In this document: piece after piece, positions 20,815 through 31,061 of the stretch
How positions within the stretch are numbered: the stretch's first letter is position 1
Layout: every line of letters starts with the position of its first letter
NCBI GenBank assembly: GCA_031423615.1
Contig: JANPFV010000015.1
Location: 14,666 to 78,665 of the forward strand
Length of the DNA stretch: 64,000 nt
From: Candidatus Omnitrophota bacterium
Lineage (GTDB): Bacteria; Omnitrophota; Gorgyraeia; Zapsychrales; JANLHA01
Direction of reading: 5' to 3'
The notes under the pieces: generated by a model
Databases searched by the model: none
What the model was told of the DNA's origin: nothing
What the model saw: only the letters and a program-made list of their open reading frames with translations
Program-made: the position numbers and the translations under genes

Positions 20815-22614
20815 ATGAAGTTAACGGACTACGTCATCGATTTTTTGGCTGCACAAGGAATCGATTGTGTTTTTGGGGTCACCGGTGGTTCGGTTGTGCA
20901 TTTGTTTGACTCCGCCGACCGAAGCGAAAAAATGCGGCCGATTTTTTGTCATCATGAACAGGCCGCGGCTTTAGCCGCAGTTTCCTACGCCCGGATCAAA
21001 AATGCTCTGGGGCTGGTCATTGTTACGACGGGGCCGGGGGGAACAAACGCCATAACGGGTTTATGTTCGGCATGGTTGGACTCCATACCTTGTATTTTTA
21101 TTTCCGGCCAAGCGCGATACGAACACACGACAAGACATAAACCCATTCGTCAGGTTGGGTCCCAGCAGATCGATATCGTTTCTATCGTAAAGCCCATGAC
21201 CAAATATGCGGCCATGGTCGAAGACAGCGCTAAGATCAAATATCATTTGCAAAAAGCCATTTATCACGCCAAGAACGGCAGGCCGGGACCCGTTTGGATT
21301 GACCTACCTTTGAACTTTCAATGGGCTGATGTAGAGCCTGAACAATTGGAAAGTTTTGAAATTCCGCAAGAGTCTTCCCAGCCACGGTCAGCTTGCGAAA
21401 ATCTCTACGGCGACGTTGCCGGCTTGCTGAAAGCGGCTGCGCGTCCATTGATCGTCGCCGGATACGGGATCCGTTTGGCGAACGCCGTAAATTCTTTCGA
21501 AAAGTTTATTGAAAAAACACAAATTCCTTTCGTCTGCACATGGGGCACCAGCGACATTATTCCGACGGACTATCCTCTTTATCTGGGCCGCATGGGCGTC
21601 TCGGGGCAACGGGGAGCTAATTTCGCAGTGCAGAATTGTGATCTACTGCTCAGTATTGGGTCGCATTTGTGCATGACATTGACCGGGGGTCGCTTTGAGG
21701 CTTTCGCCCGTGAGGCCAAAAAGATCGTTGTTGATATTGATCCTGTGGAAATGAAGCACGCGAATGTGAATATCGATTTATGCGTTCCTTGCGATGCTAA
21801 GAATTTTTTGGACGAAATGCAAAACCTTTTAACAAAAAATAATGATTTGACCTCTTGGCGCGACATCTGTGCGAAATATAAAACTTACAACGCCATCCCG
21901 CTGGAATGGCGCAACAAAAAAGATTTTATGGACCCGTATGTTTTTATGGATATCTTATCCGATGAGCTCGACTCGGATGATACCATGGTTGTAGACGGAG
22001 GCGGGACCGCGCTGTATATTCCTTTTCAAGCTTTGCGGTTGAAAAAGGGACAGCGCATGGTCGTTTCCGGCGGGATTTCGGCCATGGGCACGGGTTTGCC
22101 CGAAAGCATCGGCGCTTGTTTTGCCAATGGGCGTCGCCGGACGATTTGTTTTATTGGTGACGGGAGCATGCAGTTTAATATTCATGAATTGCAGACCATT
22201 GTTCATCATCATCTCCCCATTAAAATGATTGTTTTTAATAATCAAGGTTACCTGGCCATGCGTCACACTCAAGATGGCTTTTTGAAAAGCCGTTACGTGG
22301 GTGCGGATGCGCGCGGCGGTTTGAGTCTGCCCGATTACCAAAAAGTTTCCGCGGCTTACGGCATCAAAGCCGTGCGGGTGCAAAATTATTCTGAAGCGGC
22401 GAAAAAAATAAAATTTATGTTGGCTGAGCCAGGCCCGGTCGTTTGCGAGATCATGATTCCGCCTGATCAACAGCTCATTCCCACGGTGGGATTTAAAAAG
22501 AATATCGATGGTACGGCGACGGGCTTGCCCCTGGAGGACATGTTTCCGTATTTGAGCCGTCAAGAATTTTTGGAAAATATGATCGTGACGCCTTTGAAGG
22601 AGTGTCTGGAGTGA
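20815..22614 (+). CDS. Thiamine pyrophosphate-binding protein (acetolactate synthase/YerE-like)
   Basis: HHEQAA, TTGPGGTN, GDGS...NNQGY; sugar-cluster context. Confidence 0.88.
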   Translation: MKLTDYVIDFLAAQGIDCVFGVTGGSVVHLFDSADRSEKMRPIFCHHEQAAALAAVSYARIKNALGLVIVTTGPGGTNAITGLCSAWLDSIPCIFISGQARYEHTTRHKPIRQVGSQQIDIVSIVKPMTKYAAMVEDSAKIKYHLQKAIYHAKNGRPGPVWIDLPLNFQWADVEPEQLESFEIPQESSQPRSACENLYGDVAGLLKAAARPLIVAGYGIRLANAVNSFEKFIEKTQIPFVCTWGTSDIIPTDYPLYLGRMGVSGQRGANFAVQNCDLLLSIGSHLCMTLTGGRFEAFAREAKKIVVDIDPVEMKHANVNIDLCVPCDAKNFLDEMQNLLTKNNDLTSWRDICAKYKTYNAIPLEWRNKKDFMDPYVFMDILSDELDSDDTMVVDGGGTALYIPFQALRLKKGQRMVVSGGISAMGTGLPESIGACFANGRRRTICFIGDGSMQFNIHELQTIVHHHLPIKMIVFNNQGYLAMRHTQDGFLKSRYVGADARGGLSLPDYQKVSAAYGIKAVRVQNYSEAAKKIKFMLAEPGPVVCEIMIPPDQQLIPTVGFKKNIDGTATGLPLEDMFPYLSRQEFLENMIVTPLKECLE

Positions 22615-23840
22615 AAAATCTGTCTGTGGCCGCCAGTCGGCTCGAAGGTCAAAAAATGTTTCAAGTCCTTGCGAAAGCCCAGGAACTCGAGAGGCAAGGC
22701 AAGAACATCATTCATTTTGAAATCGGGGACCCGGATTTTGACACTCCGGCAAATATTGTCGATGCCGCCTGTACGGCTTTAAAGCAAGGGGACACGCATT
22801 ACGTGAATTCGTCGGGGTTAAGCGAATTTAAAATAGTATCTGCGGATGTCACACAACGTTCGCGGGGTTTCAAACCCGATCCCGAGCAGATTTTAGTGAC
22901 GGCGGGGGGGAATGTGCAAATTTATTATGCGGTCTCTTGCCTCGTCAATCCCGGCGAGGAAGTGATCATTTCCGACCCCGGATTTGTCTCGTACAATTCG
23001 ATCATTAACTTTGTCGGTGCTAAAGCGGTCAAAGTGGCACTGCGTGAAGAAAATCAATTCCGTTTAAATCCCGATGAGGTGAAAAAAGCGATCACCGGCA
23101 AAACGCGCATGATTATTATCAATTCGCCTCATAATCCGACGGGTTCGGTGATGACTGAGGACGAAATCAAAAGGATTTATGACATTGCACAAGAGCACGA
23201 CGTCTATCTGGTCAGTGACGAGGTTTATGCGCGCATGATTTATAAAGACAGTGATGTGAAATTCAGTTCGCCAAGTCAATATGACGCTTGCAAAAAGAGA
23301 ACGATTGTCATTCACGCTTTTAGCAAGTCCTATGCCATGACCGGCTGGCGGCTGGGAGCGATGACCGGACCCGCGGAGATCATTTCTAAAATGGCTCTTT
23401 TGTTGGAAACGACCAGTTCTTGTGTGTCGCCCTTTATTCAAAGAGCGGGTATTGCCGCTTTGACGGGCAGTCAGGAACCGATCAATGCCATGATTCAAGA
23501 ACTTCGTTCTCGTCGGGATATCATGGTTGAGGCGCTTAACAAAATTCCCGGAATCCAATGTCTTAAACCGCAGGGAGCGTTTTATGTGTTTCCCAATATC
23601 CGCAATACGGGAATGACCAGTGAGGAATTCAGTGACATGATGCTTCAACAGGCCGGGGTGGCCGTTTGCCCGGGAAATTATTTTGGTGAACATGGCGAAG
23701 GGCATGTCCGTTTATGCTATGCCAATTCCGCCAAAAATATTAAACAAGGATTAGAGAGAATAGAGCAATGTTTGACCATGCAAAAGAAAAAAGTTTCGCC
23801 AGCTTTTACGGATGGAAGGCCATCGCTATGGAATTTCTAG
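22611..23840 (+). CDS. Class I/II PLP-dependent aminotransferase
   Basis: GDPDF, NSPHNPTG, SDEVY, FSKSYAMTGWRLG. Confidence 0.9.
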   Translation: MKNLSVAASRLEGQKMFQVLAKAQELERQGKNIIHFEIGDPDFDTPANIVDAACTALKQGDTHYVNSSGLSEFKIVSADVTQRSRGFKPDPEQILVTAGGNVQIYYAVSCLVNPGEEVIISDPGFVSYNSIINFVGAKAVKVALREENQFRLNPDEVKKAITGKTRMIIINSPHNPTGSVMTEDEIKRIYDIAQEHDVYLVSDEVYARMIYKDSDVKFSSPSQYDACKKRTIVIHAFSKSYAMTGWRLGAMTGPAEIISKMALLLETTSSCVSPFIQRAGIAALTGSQEPINAMIQELRSRRDIMVEALNKIPGIQCLKPQGAFYVFPNIRNTGMTSEEFSDMMLQQAGVAVCPGNYFGEHGEGHVRLCYANSAKNIKQGLERIEQCLTMQKKKVSPAFTDGRPSLWNF

Positions 23841-23964
23841 ATAATTTCTTTCAGGTTTTAGACGAACATCCTCGTGTTAAATTTAAATTTCTTGTGGGCT
23901 TTATTGTTTGAGTGGGTGTTGTATGGGTGGCTTTATAAAAGAATAATACGGATGCGTATTTATT

Positions 23965-24957
23965 ATGCAGCGAAAAATTTTAGTCATCGGCAGCAATTCT
24001 TTTTCCGGCAGTGATTTTATTGATCTTTTGCTGGAAAATAAAAATAATCACGTCATTGGCGTGAGCCGCTCGCCGGAAAAATCCTCGTTATTTCTTGCCT
24101 ATAAACAGAAGCCAAGTCCAAACTTTTTTTTCCAGCAGATCGACATGAATAAAGACATGGCCCGCTTTAAAACCTTGCTCACCACATTTGAACCGGAATA
24201 TATCGTTAATTTTGCGGCGCAAAGTGAAGTCGGCCCCAGCTGGGATACTCCGTGGGACTGGTTTCAAACCAATGCCGTGGCTTTGACGCATCTTTTGGAC
24301 CATTTGAAAACAGCGAAATATCTTAAGCGCTATGTGCATATTTCCAGCCCGGAAGTTTATGGGTCTTGCCAAGGAATTGTTCGTGAAGACGCCGCGCTTA
24401 ATCCCAGCACACCCTACGCCGCGTCTAAAGCGGCGGCTGATCTTTTGCTGTCGACCTATATGAAGAATTTTTCTTTTCCGCTTTCTACAGTACGATCCAC
24501 AAATGTTTATGGCGCCCATCAACAGCTTTTTAAAATTGTCCCGCGCACGATCATTAATCTTATGTCCGGCAAGATTCAGGAATTGCACGGGGGCGGCAAA
24601 GCTGTCAAGTCCTACATTCATATTCGTGATATTTCTCGAGGAGAGTTGCTGGTCATGGAGCAGGGAAAGACCGGAGAAATTTATCATTTTTCTCCCGACT
24701 GCGGTATTGCAGTGCGCGATGTCGTAGAAAAGATTTGTCAGCGTCTGGGCAAAGATTTCGAATCCGTGACCCGTGAGGTCGGGGAACGGCTGGGCCAGGA
24801 CCGGGCTTATGTGATAGATTCCAGTAAAGCCCGTCGAGAATTGTGTTGGACTCCGCAAGTGTCTTTGGACCAAGGTTTAGAAGAAGTGGTGGATTGGATT
24901 GAGCAGAACTGGGAAAAGATCAAACCTTTACCGGCGGGATATATTCATCAGGCATGA
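23965..24957 (+). CDS. NDP-glucose 4,6-dehydratase-like epimerase/dehydratase
   Basis: GSNSFSG, NFAAQSEV, SSPEVYG, PSTPYAASK. Confidence 0.85.
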   Translation: MQRKILVIGSNSFSGSDFIDLLLENKNNHVIGVSRSPEKSSLFLAYKQKPSPNFFFQQIDMNKDMARFKTLLTTFEPEYIVNFAAQSEVGPSWDTPWDWFQTNAVALTHLLDHLKTAKYLKRYVHISSPEVYGSCQGIVREDAALNPSTPYAASKAAADLLLSTYMKNFSFPLSTVRSTNVYGAHQQLFKIVPRTIINLMSGKIQELHGGGKAVKSYIHIRDISRGELLVMEQGKTGEIYHFSPDCGIAVRDVVEKICQRLGKDFESVTREVGERLGQDRAYVIDSSKARRELCWTPQVSLDQGLEEVVDWIEQNWEKIKPLPAGYIHQA

Positions 24958-25874
24958 AACCCTTTTTACCTAAACGTATTCTTGTCGTTGGTGCCGACGG
25001 GTTGATCGGGCGGACTTTGGTGTCTGCTCTCGATAAGACAGGCCATAAGGTGTTCGCCACGAGCCGTGGTGAGAAATTGTCAGCGGAGCGTATTCGTTTA
25101 GATTTAGAAGATAAGACGGACGCATGGTCCTTGCCGGAAAATGTTGATGTGGCATTTTTGTGTGCGGCGTATAATTCTTTAGACCTATGTCGTCGAGAGC
25201 CGATCAAGACCCGCTGGGTTAACGTGGAGCAGACCGTGAAATTGGCCAGACATTTAGCCCGGATTGGCAGTCGAGTGATTTTTCTTTCCACCAATTTGGT
25301 TTATGATGGGGCAACCGCCTTTGCAAGAGCAGGGCAACCAACCTGTCCGCAAACGGAACATGGCCGTCAAAAGGCCGCAGCGGAAAAGCAATTGTTAAAA
25401 CTGGGCAATGTCTCAGCGGTCCTTCGTCTTACAAAAGTGTTTGGGCCGGACATGCCCTTGCTCCAGGAATGGGCGACAGCTTTACGGCAAAATAAAGCAA
25501 TCCATCCGTTTAATGACAAAGTGGTAAGTCCCTTGTCGCTGGGCTTTGTCACTCAAATTTTGTTAAGTCTTTCGGAAAAAAGCGTTTCGGGAGTTTTGCA
25601 GGTTTCCGGAGAGAAAGATATTACGTATGCAGATGTGGCGTATCGCTTGGCCCATCGCTTAGGAATGAAGGAAATTCTTGTTCAGCCGATTTCTGCTAAA
25701 AAGTCAGAAATATCCTTGGAGCATTTACCGGCCCATACAACCCTGGCCACGACAGACTCAATTGTGGACAGGGGCATGGACGTGCCTGCGATGGGGGAAA
25801 CGGTAGATGAGATCATTGACCAAAATATCGCGACTCTTCAGAAAAAAAGTCTTCCGGAAATGATGATGTTCTAA
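24954..25874 (+). CDS. RmlD-like NDP-4-keto-sugar reductase
   Basis: GADGLIG, FLSTNLVYDG, HGRQK. Confidence 0.8.
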   Translation: MKPFLPKRILVVGADGLIGRTLVSALDKTGHKVFATSRGEKLSAERIRLDLEDKTDAWSLPENVDVAFLCAAYNSLDLCRREPIKTRWVNVEQTVKLARHLARIGSRVIFLSTNLVYDGATAFARAGQPTCPQTEHGRQKAAAEKQLLKLGNVSAVLRLTKVFGPDMPLLQEWATALRQNKAIHPFNDKVVSPLSLGFVTQILLSLSEKSVSGVLQVSGEKDITYADVAYRLAHRLGMKEILVQPISAKKSEISLEHLPAHTTLATTDSIVDRGMDVPAMGETVDEIIDQNIATLQKKSLPEMMMF

Positions 25875-25875
25875 A

Positions 25876-26652
25876 ATGGGAAACGTGACCGATTTGACAT
25901 TGATAGAACTGGACGAAAAGAAAAGATTCTTAGAAAATCTCGTCGATATCACCTTTTTTATTCCCTGCCTTAATGAAGAGCATAGCATTGTTCCTACCCT
26001 CGACAAGTTAGGCAAAGTGGCCAGGGAATTGCAGTTGATATTTGAACTTCTGATTTATAATGACGGTTCAACGGACAAGACGCAAGTTTTGGTAGAGCAA
26101 TACGCCAAAGACCATCCCGGCATCCTATTACAGTTGATCAATCGCAAGAAGCGAAAAGGTCTCGGCTACAATTATATTGATGGGGCTTTCACGGGTTTCG
26201 GGAAATATTACATGATGATCTGCGGGGACAATTCAGAAACTGAAGAAAGTTTACGTGCGATTCTTGCCCAAAAAGGCAGGGCCGACATTGTAGTCCCGTA
26301 CTTCGCGGATCAGGACATGCGTAATTTTTTTCGTCGGAAATTATCGCGGGTGTTTACTTTCCTTGTCAATGTGCTCAACGGGTATAGACTGAAATATTAT
26401 AACGGCACGGTCTTGCATCAGCGCAGCAATATTATGCGCTGGCATCCGTCGAGCAGCGGATTTGCCTATCAGGCGGAAATGTTGACGATCATGCTGGATG
26501 AGCACAAAACATACTGCGAAGTTAAGGTGGCCAATCGTGACCGCGAAAAAGGTTTTTCTCGGGCGTTTCATTTGCAGAATATGTTTTCGGTGGCTCATAG
26601 CTTATTGCAGATCATATTTCGGCGTATACGTCGGACCATTTGGCCTTTGTAA
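25876..26652 (+). CDS. Glycosyltransferase family 2 (polyprenol-phosphate type)
   Basis: IPCLNEE, NDGSTD, CGDNS. Confidence 0.88.
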   Translation: MGNVTDLTLIELDEKKRFLENLVDITFFIPCLNEEHSIVPTLDKLGKVARELQLIFELLIYNDGSTDKTQVLVEQYAKDHPGILLQLINRKKRKGLGYNYIDGAFTGFGKYYMMICGDNSETEESLRAILAQKGRADIVVPYFADQDMRNFFRRKLSRVFTFLVNVLNGYRLKYYNGTVLHQRSNIMRWHPSSSGFAYQAEMLTIMLDEHKTYCEVKVANRDREKGFSRAFHLQNMFSVAHSLLQIIFRRIRRTIWPL

Positions 26653-27377
26653 TGGAAAATATTTTAAAAAGCTCCGGTTTGGTTTTAGTCGATGCCGTCA
26701 ACTATAATCGTTGGCAGTATGATCAGTTGCGTCCGCATGTTGGGAAAAAAGTTTTAGAAATCGGCTGTGGTCTGGGAAATCTGACGCAATATCTGAGAGA
26801 AGACGCAGAATTCCTTTTTTCAACGGATACGCGACCGGAAGCCGTAGAGTTTATGCGGGAACGTTGTCCTGCGACGGAAGAATTTGAGGTTCGGTGCGCG
26901 GATATTTTTAACGAGACGTCGGTGTTGCCCCACCCGCCTTTTTTTGACACCATTGTTTTTTCTAATGTGCTCGAGCACATCGAAGATGATGTTAAGGCCA
27001 TGAAGATGTGCGCAGACATCTTGCGGCCGACCCAAGGCAAACTTTTATTACTGGTGCCGGCCCATCCGTTTTTGTACGGTACACTGGATGCCGAAAGCGG
27101 ACATTACCGCCGTTATTCCAAAAAAGAAATCATCCGGTTGGCCGGGCTCGCCCATTTTAAAATCATTGATCTTTATGCTTTTAATATGACCGGCGCCTTG
27201 GGATGGTTTTTGAATTATTGTGTTTTGCGACGCAAAGGAAGCCATAATTCAACGCAAGATACCCAAGTGAGTTTTTTTGACCGTTATTGTGTGCGACCCT
27301 GCCGGTTTATAGAAGAAAAAATCCGGCCGCCCGTGGGGATTTCTTATATCGCCATTATGCAAGCCAAGGAGTTTTAA
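26652..27377 (+). CDS. Class I SAM-dependent methyltransferase
   Basis: LEIGCGLG, NVLEHIEDD, VPA...GHYRRYS. Confidence 0.88.
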   Translation: MENILKSSGLVLVDAVNYNRWQYDQLRPHVGKKVLEIGCGLGNLTQYLREDAEFLFSTDTRPEAVEFMRERCPATEEFEVRCADIFNETSVLPHPPFFDTIVFSNVLEHIEDDVKAMKMCADILRPTQGKLLLLVPAHPFLYGTLDAESGHYRRYSKKEIIRLAGLAHFKIIDLYAFNMTGALGWFLNYCVLRRKGSHNSTQDTQVSFFDRYCVRPCRFIEEKIRPPVGISYIAIMQAKEF

Positions 27378-28790
27378 ATGAAAAGGTTCGTCATCGTCGG
27401 GGCGGGGATTTCGGGATTGGCTTTTGCCTATGAATGTTTGTTGCGGGGGCATGAGGTTTTGCTTGTCGAGAATACCGGAGAGGTCGGCGGTCTGGCGCGG
27501 TCGGTCACCCATAATGATTGTCGTTTGGATATTGGGGTCCACGTTCTTTATCTCAAAGATCCGCAAGTCCGCGCTAAAATCGCTGAGCTCATTCCCTCTG
27601 ATCAATGGCTGCGCGTGCGGCGAAATGGGAAACTTTTTATCAAAAACCGGTACATGGATTGGCCGCCGACCCCGCGATCTTTGTTTCAGCTTCCGTTAAG
27701 TTTCAGCATTCGTGTCCTTTGCGACCAGATCTTTAAAAAGGCAAAACAAGAGGGCACGGAAAACTTTGAGAAGGAAGTCCTCGGCCTTTACGGCCCGACG
27801 CTGTACAATTCTTTCTTTCATCCTTTGACCAAAAAGTTTTTGCGCACCGATCCGCAAAAAGTGCACGCGGATTGGGCTTTTTCGAGTTTGCGGGCCGCCA
27901 CTAAAATTGAGGATAAATCTTTTAATGAGACCAATAAATATCTAACGCAGAACACGGATGCCAAGGCCAAAAAAGATTTTAATATTCTCAAATTTTTGCT
28001 CCAGTCTCTTAAGACCGACCGGAATAATGAACCCTTTTATTATTTTCACGATGGATTTGGGGCGATGGTGGATGCTTATAAGACAAAAATCCTTCAGCTC
28101 GGCGGACATATTGTCTTAAACCAAACAGTTTCGGCTTTGACGGTGCAGGACAATAAATTGACCCAATGCATCGTCAATGGCCACGCAAAGGACATTGATG
28201 AATTGGTGTGGACCGGCAGCCCCTTTGCTTTGTGCCAACTTTTAGGCATTGATTGTCCCCGCTTGGAATTTTTACATTCGCGGTTTGTTTTTGTTTTTCT
28301 TAAGAAATGCTTGAAGGACCATCAGGTGTGTTATTACGCAGATGCCGATGTTTCCTTCGTGCGCGGGACAATTCTCTCCAATCATTCCAAGACTATTATT
28401 CGTAATAAAAATGTCAGCGATGTCCTTTGCCTTGAATACACTTTTAAATCGCCGGACGAAATGAACACCCCTCTGTCTGATATGGCGCCTTCGCTCACCA
28501 GAGAATTGATTAAGGTCAAGATGATAGAGAAAGCGGATGATATCGAGAGCCTTTATGAGATCAAGGCCCCCTATTCGTACCCTATCCTCACTCCGGATTA
28601 CCGGGAAAAAGCCGCCGAGTTGCAGGAAAAATTGGCCTGTTTTGGTCAACTGACGGTTCTCGGCCGGCAGGCCACATTCAATTATGAGAACAGTGATATT
28701 ATTATCAAAAATGTTTTGCGCCACCCCCTGTTTCAGGACGCGCCGTTAGGCGAGAAAGATTTGCAAGATGCCGGGACTCATGGAAAATAA
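27378..28790 (+). CDS. FAD-dependent oxidoreductase (amine oxidase/UDP-galactopyranose mutase-like)
   Basis: VGAGISGL, GGLARS, YSYP...LGRQATFNY. Confidence 0.8.
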   Translation: MKRFVIVGAGISGLAFAYECLLRGHEVLLVENTGEVGGLARSVTHNDCRLDIGVHVLYLKDPQVRAKIAELIPSDQWLRVRRNGKLFIKNRYMDWPPTPRSLFQLPLSFSIRVLCDQIFKKAKQEGTENFEKEVLGLYGPTLYNSFFHPLTKKFLRTDPQKVHADWAFSSLRAATKIEDKSFNETNKYLTQNTDAKAKKDFNILKFLLQSLKTDRNNEPFYYFHDGFGAMVDAYKTKILQLGGHIVLNQTVSALTVQDNKLTQCIVNGHAKDIDELVWTGSPFALCQLLGIDCPRLEFLHSRFVFVFLKKCLKDHQVCYYADADVSFVRGTILSNHSKTIIRNKNVSDVLCLEYTFKSPDEMNTPLSDMAPSLTRELIKVKMIEKADDIESLYEIKAPYSYPILTPDYREKAAELQEKLACFGQLTVLGRQATFNYENSDIIIKNVLRHPLFQDAPLGEKDLQDAGTHGK

Positions 28791-30411
28791 AAACAAGATC
28801 ATCGGGGCTCTTTTTTTGGCCTTAGCCCTGTTTATAAATCCTTTGATTTTAAAACAGCTGTACCAGCACAATATTATTTTCGGTGAACTTTTTTTGGCCC
28901 TGGCCTTTTGTTTTTATTTTCGTCTTCCTCCGGTCAACAAAAAGTCGGTGGGGTTTTTTGAATATCTGGTCAATCGACACGGTTGGGTTTTGTTATTGAT
29001 CCAGGCCGTTTTATTTGTGGTTTATCTTGTGTTGAAAAAGGACTTCTTAACATATTCCCTGCATGCGGGATGGGGTGATGAACCCAGTTATACGGGATTT
29101 GATTTTTCGTCTTGGAAATCTGTCCTGGGGAACCACCGTACAGCAGGCTTGCCACTTATTATTCAGATGTATCACCTCCTATTCAAGGACTTTACGCTCT
29201 GGCCTTATCTGCAAATGGTTTGTTATATTTTATCGGTTTGTTATCTTTATTGGAGCTTTTTGAAATTTGGACTTAACCGGATTTTGGCGTTATTCGTCGT
29301 GTCGTTCTTGCTTTGGGATCCGACCATTTACCGGGAATTCTTGAATGTGCAGACGGAAGTTTTTGCAGCGGTTTTTGTTAATGTTGCGATCGGTAGTTTT
29401 TTTTGGGCGATGCGGGAATGGAATTGGAAATCAATCTTTGCGTTGACGTTCGGAGTGTTCTTTCTTTATCAAATACGCCCGAATTTTTCTTTTATGACCT
29501 TATTGATTCCTTTATGGGCCGCAGCCATTTTAGTCCTTACACAAAAATCCGCTGGACCGACGACACGAGGAACGATTCTAAAACTTTCGGCCTGCACAAT
29601 TTTGCCTTTGATATTATTCTGTGGCCTTCGTCTGGCGGTGGTGGGGCAATTCGGAGTTGTGTCTATGAGCGGAGGGTGTCTCTCTGGCCATGCGGTTCAT
29701 TATTTGAATGAGCAAAATGTCCAACAATTGTCCGGCGATGTTCGGGTCTTGGCGGATGAAATTTTGCTTCGTAAACGTCAATTAACGCCCCCGCATAATC
29801 TTTCACCATTCGACTGGATTCAGCCGCTTTCTGATCATAAAAAAATTGAAATGGAAGCGCAGGCGTTTGGTCCCGACTTGATGACGGCCTGGAATGTGGG
29901 AATCAAACAGCTCCGGGGGCTTGAGCCGACGAATGATCCCCAAAAAAATATTGAACCGGAAAAATATACATTGACCTTGTCGGGATTTTACGGACGCAAT
30001 TATAATTTTGAAACCGACCGTTTATTATCCCGGTTTTCTGTGGCGATTTTAAGCCGGGAATGGAAGCGCTATGTCCATTGGTTGGTGGGAGGGAGCTTTT
30101 ATGCTCTGAGGCTTTATCTGGACTCGCAAGCCTTCAGCCTCACTTGCCTCGGGCTTTTGGTTATTGCAAAATTAATTTTTCTTTTGTTCGGGGACATTGA
30201 TGCGGCGCAGTTGAAACGCTGGCACCGTGATACAGGAATTCTCTTTATGATCGGCTTCAGCCTTTTTGTCGGCGGTTTGGTCCCTATTATTGTTTTTAAT
30301 TTTCCTTTTGCCCGTCTGATGAATGTGATCAGTTTTTATTTGGTGCCGGTTCTATTTTGTTTGGCCCTTCCACCATTTTGGTTAACAAAGAAAAGTCTGC
30401 CCCATGCCTGA
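28780..30411 (+). CDS. Polytopic membrane protein, putative GT-C-type glycosyltransferase
   Basis: More than 10 hydrophobic segments; DEPSY, RTAGLP, QTE, IRP motifs reminiscent of GT-C enzymes. Confidence 0.6.
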   Translation: MENKNKIIGALFLALALFINPLILKQLYQHNIIFGELFLALAFCFYFRLPPVNKKSVGFFEYLVNRHGWVLLLIQAVLFVVYLVLKKDFLTYSLHAGWGDEPSYTGFDFSSWKSVLGNHRTAGLPLIIQMYHLLFKDFTLWPYLQMVCYILSVCYLYWSFLKFGLNRILALFVVSFLLWDPTIYREFLNVQTEVFAAVFVNVAIGSFFWAMREWNWKSIFALTFGVFFLYQIRPNFSFMTLLIPLWAAAILVLTQKSAGPTTRGTILKLSACTILPLILFCGLRLAVVGQFGVVSMSGGCLSGHAVHYLNEQNVQQLSGDVRVLADEILLRKRQLTPPHNLSPFDWIQPLSDHKKIEMEAQAFGPDLMTAWNVGIKQLRGLEPTNDPQKNIEPEKYTLTLSGFYGRNYNFETDRLLSRFSVAILSREWKRYVHWLVGGSFYALRLYLDSQAFSLTCLGLLVIAKLIFLLFGDIDAAQLKRWHRDTGILFMIGFSLFVGGLVPIIVFNFPFARLMNVISFYLVPVLFCLALPPFWLTKKSLPHA

Positions 30412-31060
30412 GATGGATCTGTTAAAACATTACCCGCGCACTCATCGTAATCTGGAAGAACGTTTGCAACAGAAGACGGCAGAAGCCCGCCGTGTAGCTC
30501 GGGAGTTTGGAAAGGATTTCTTTGATGGAGACCGCAAATATGGTTATGGCGGGTTTTCTTACCATCCGAGATTCTGGCAGCCCGTCGTGCCGGATTTTCA
30601 AAAATATTATGGACTGACCAGCAAAACTTTTCTTCTCGACGTGGGTTGTGCTAAAGGATTCATGCTCCATGATTTTAGACAAATGATCCCGGGAATCAAT
30701 GTTTGCGGAATCGATGTTTCGCCTTACGCCATCGAAAATGCTCTCGGCGATATTAAACCCTTTGTGAAAGTCGCCAGTGCCGAGACCCTGCCTTTTGCCG
30801 ACAAATCTTTTGATCTGGTCATTTCGATTAATACGATTCATAATCTTCCAAAGAAAGCTTGTCTGCGGGCCCTGGGCGAAATTCAACGGGTGAGCCGCGG
30901 GCGGGCGTTTATTACCGTCGATGCGTATCGCACGCCGGAAGAGAAAAAACGGATGGAAGCCTGGAACCTTACCGCTAAAACCTATATGCATGTCGAGGAA
31001 TGGAAAATATTTTTTAAAAAAGCCGGATACACGGGTGATTACTTTTGGTTTATCCCTTAA
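30404..31060 (+). CDS. Class I SAM-dependent methyltransferase
   Basis: LDVGCAKG, LPFADKSFDLVIS. Confidence 0.88.
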   Translation: MPEMDLLKHYPRTHRNLEERLQQKTAEARRVAREFGKDFFDGDRKYGYGGFSYHPRFWQPVVPDFQKYYGLTSKTFLLDVGCAKGFMLHDFRQMIPGINVCGIDVSPYAIENALGDIKPFVKVASAETLPFADKSFDLVISINTIHNLPKKACLRALGEIQRVSRGRAFITVDAYRTPEEKKRMEAWNLTAKTYMHVEEWKIFFKKAGYTGDYFWFIP

Positions 31061-31061
31061 C

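Noticed and set aside
16673-22614. Central-metabolism pyruvate dehydrogenase and acetolactate synthase
   Set aside because: No E2/E3 or ilvH/ilvC neighbours; embedded among nucleotide-sugar genes.
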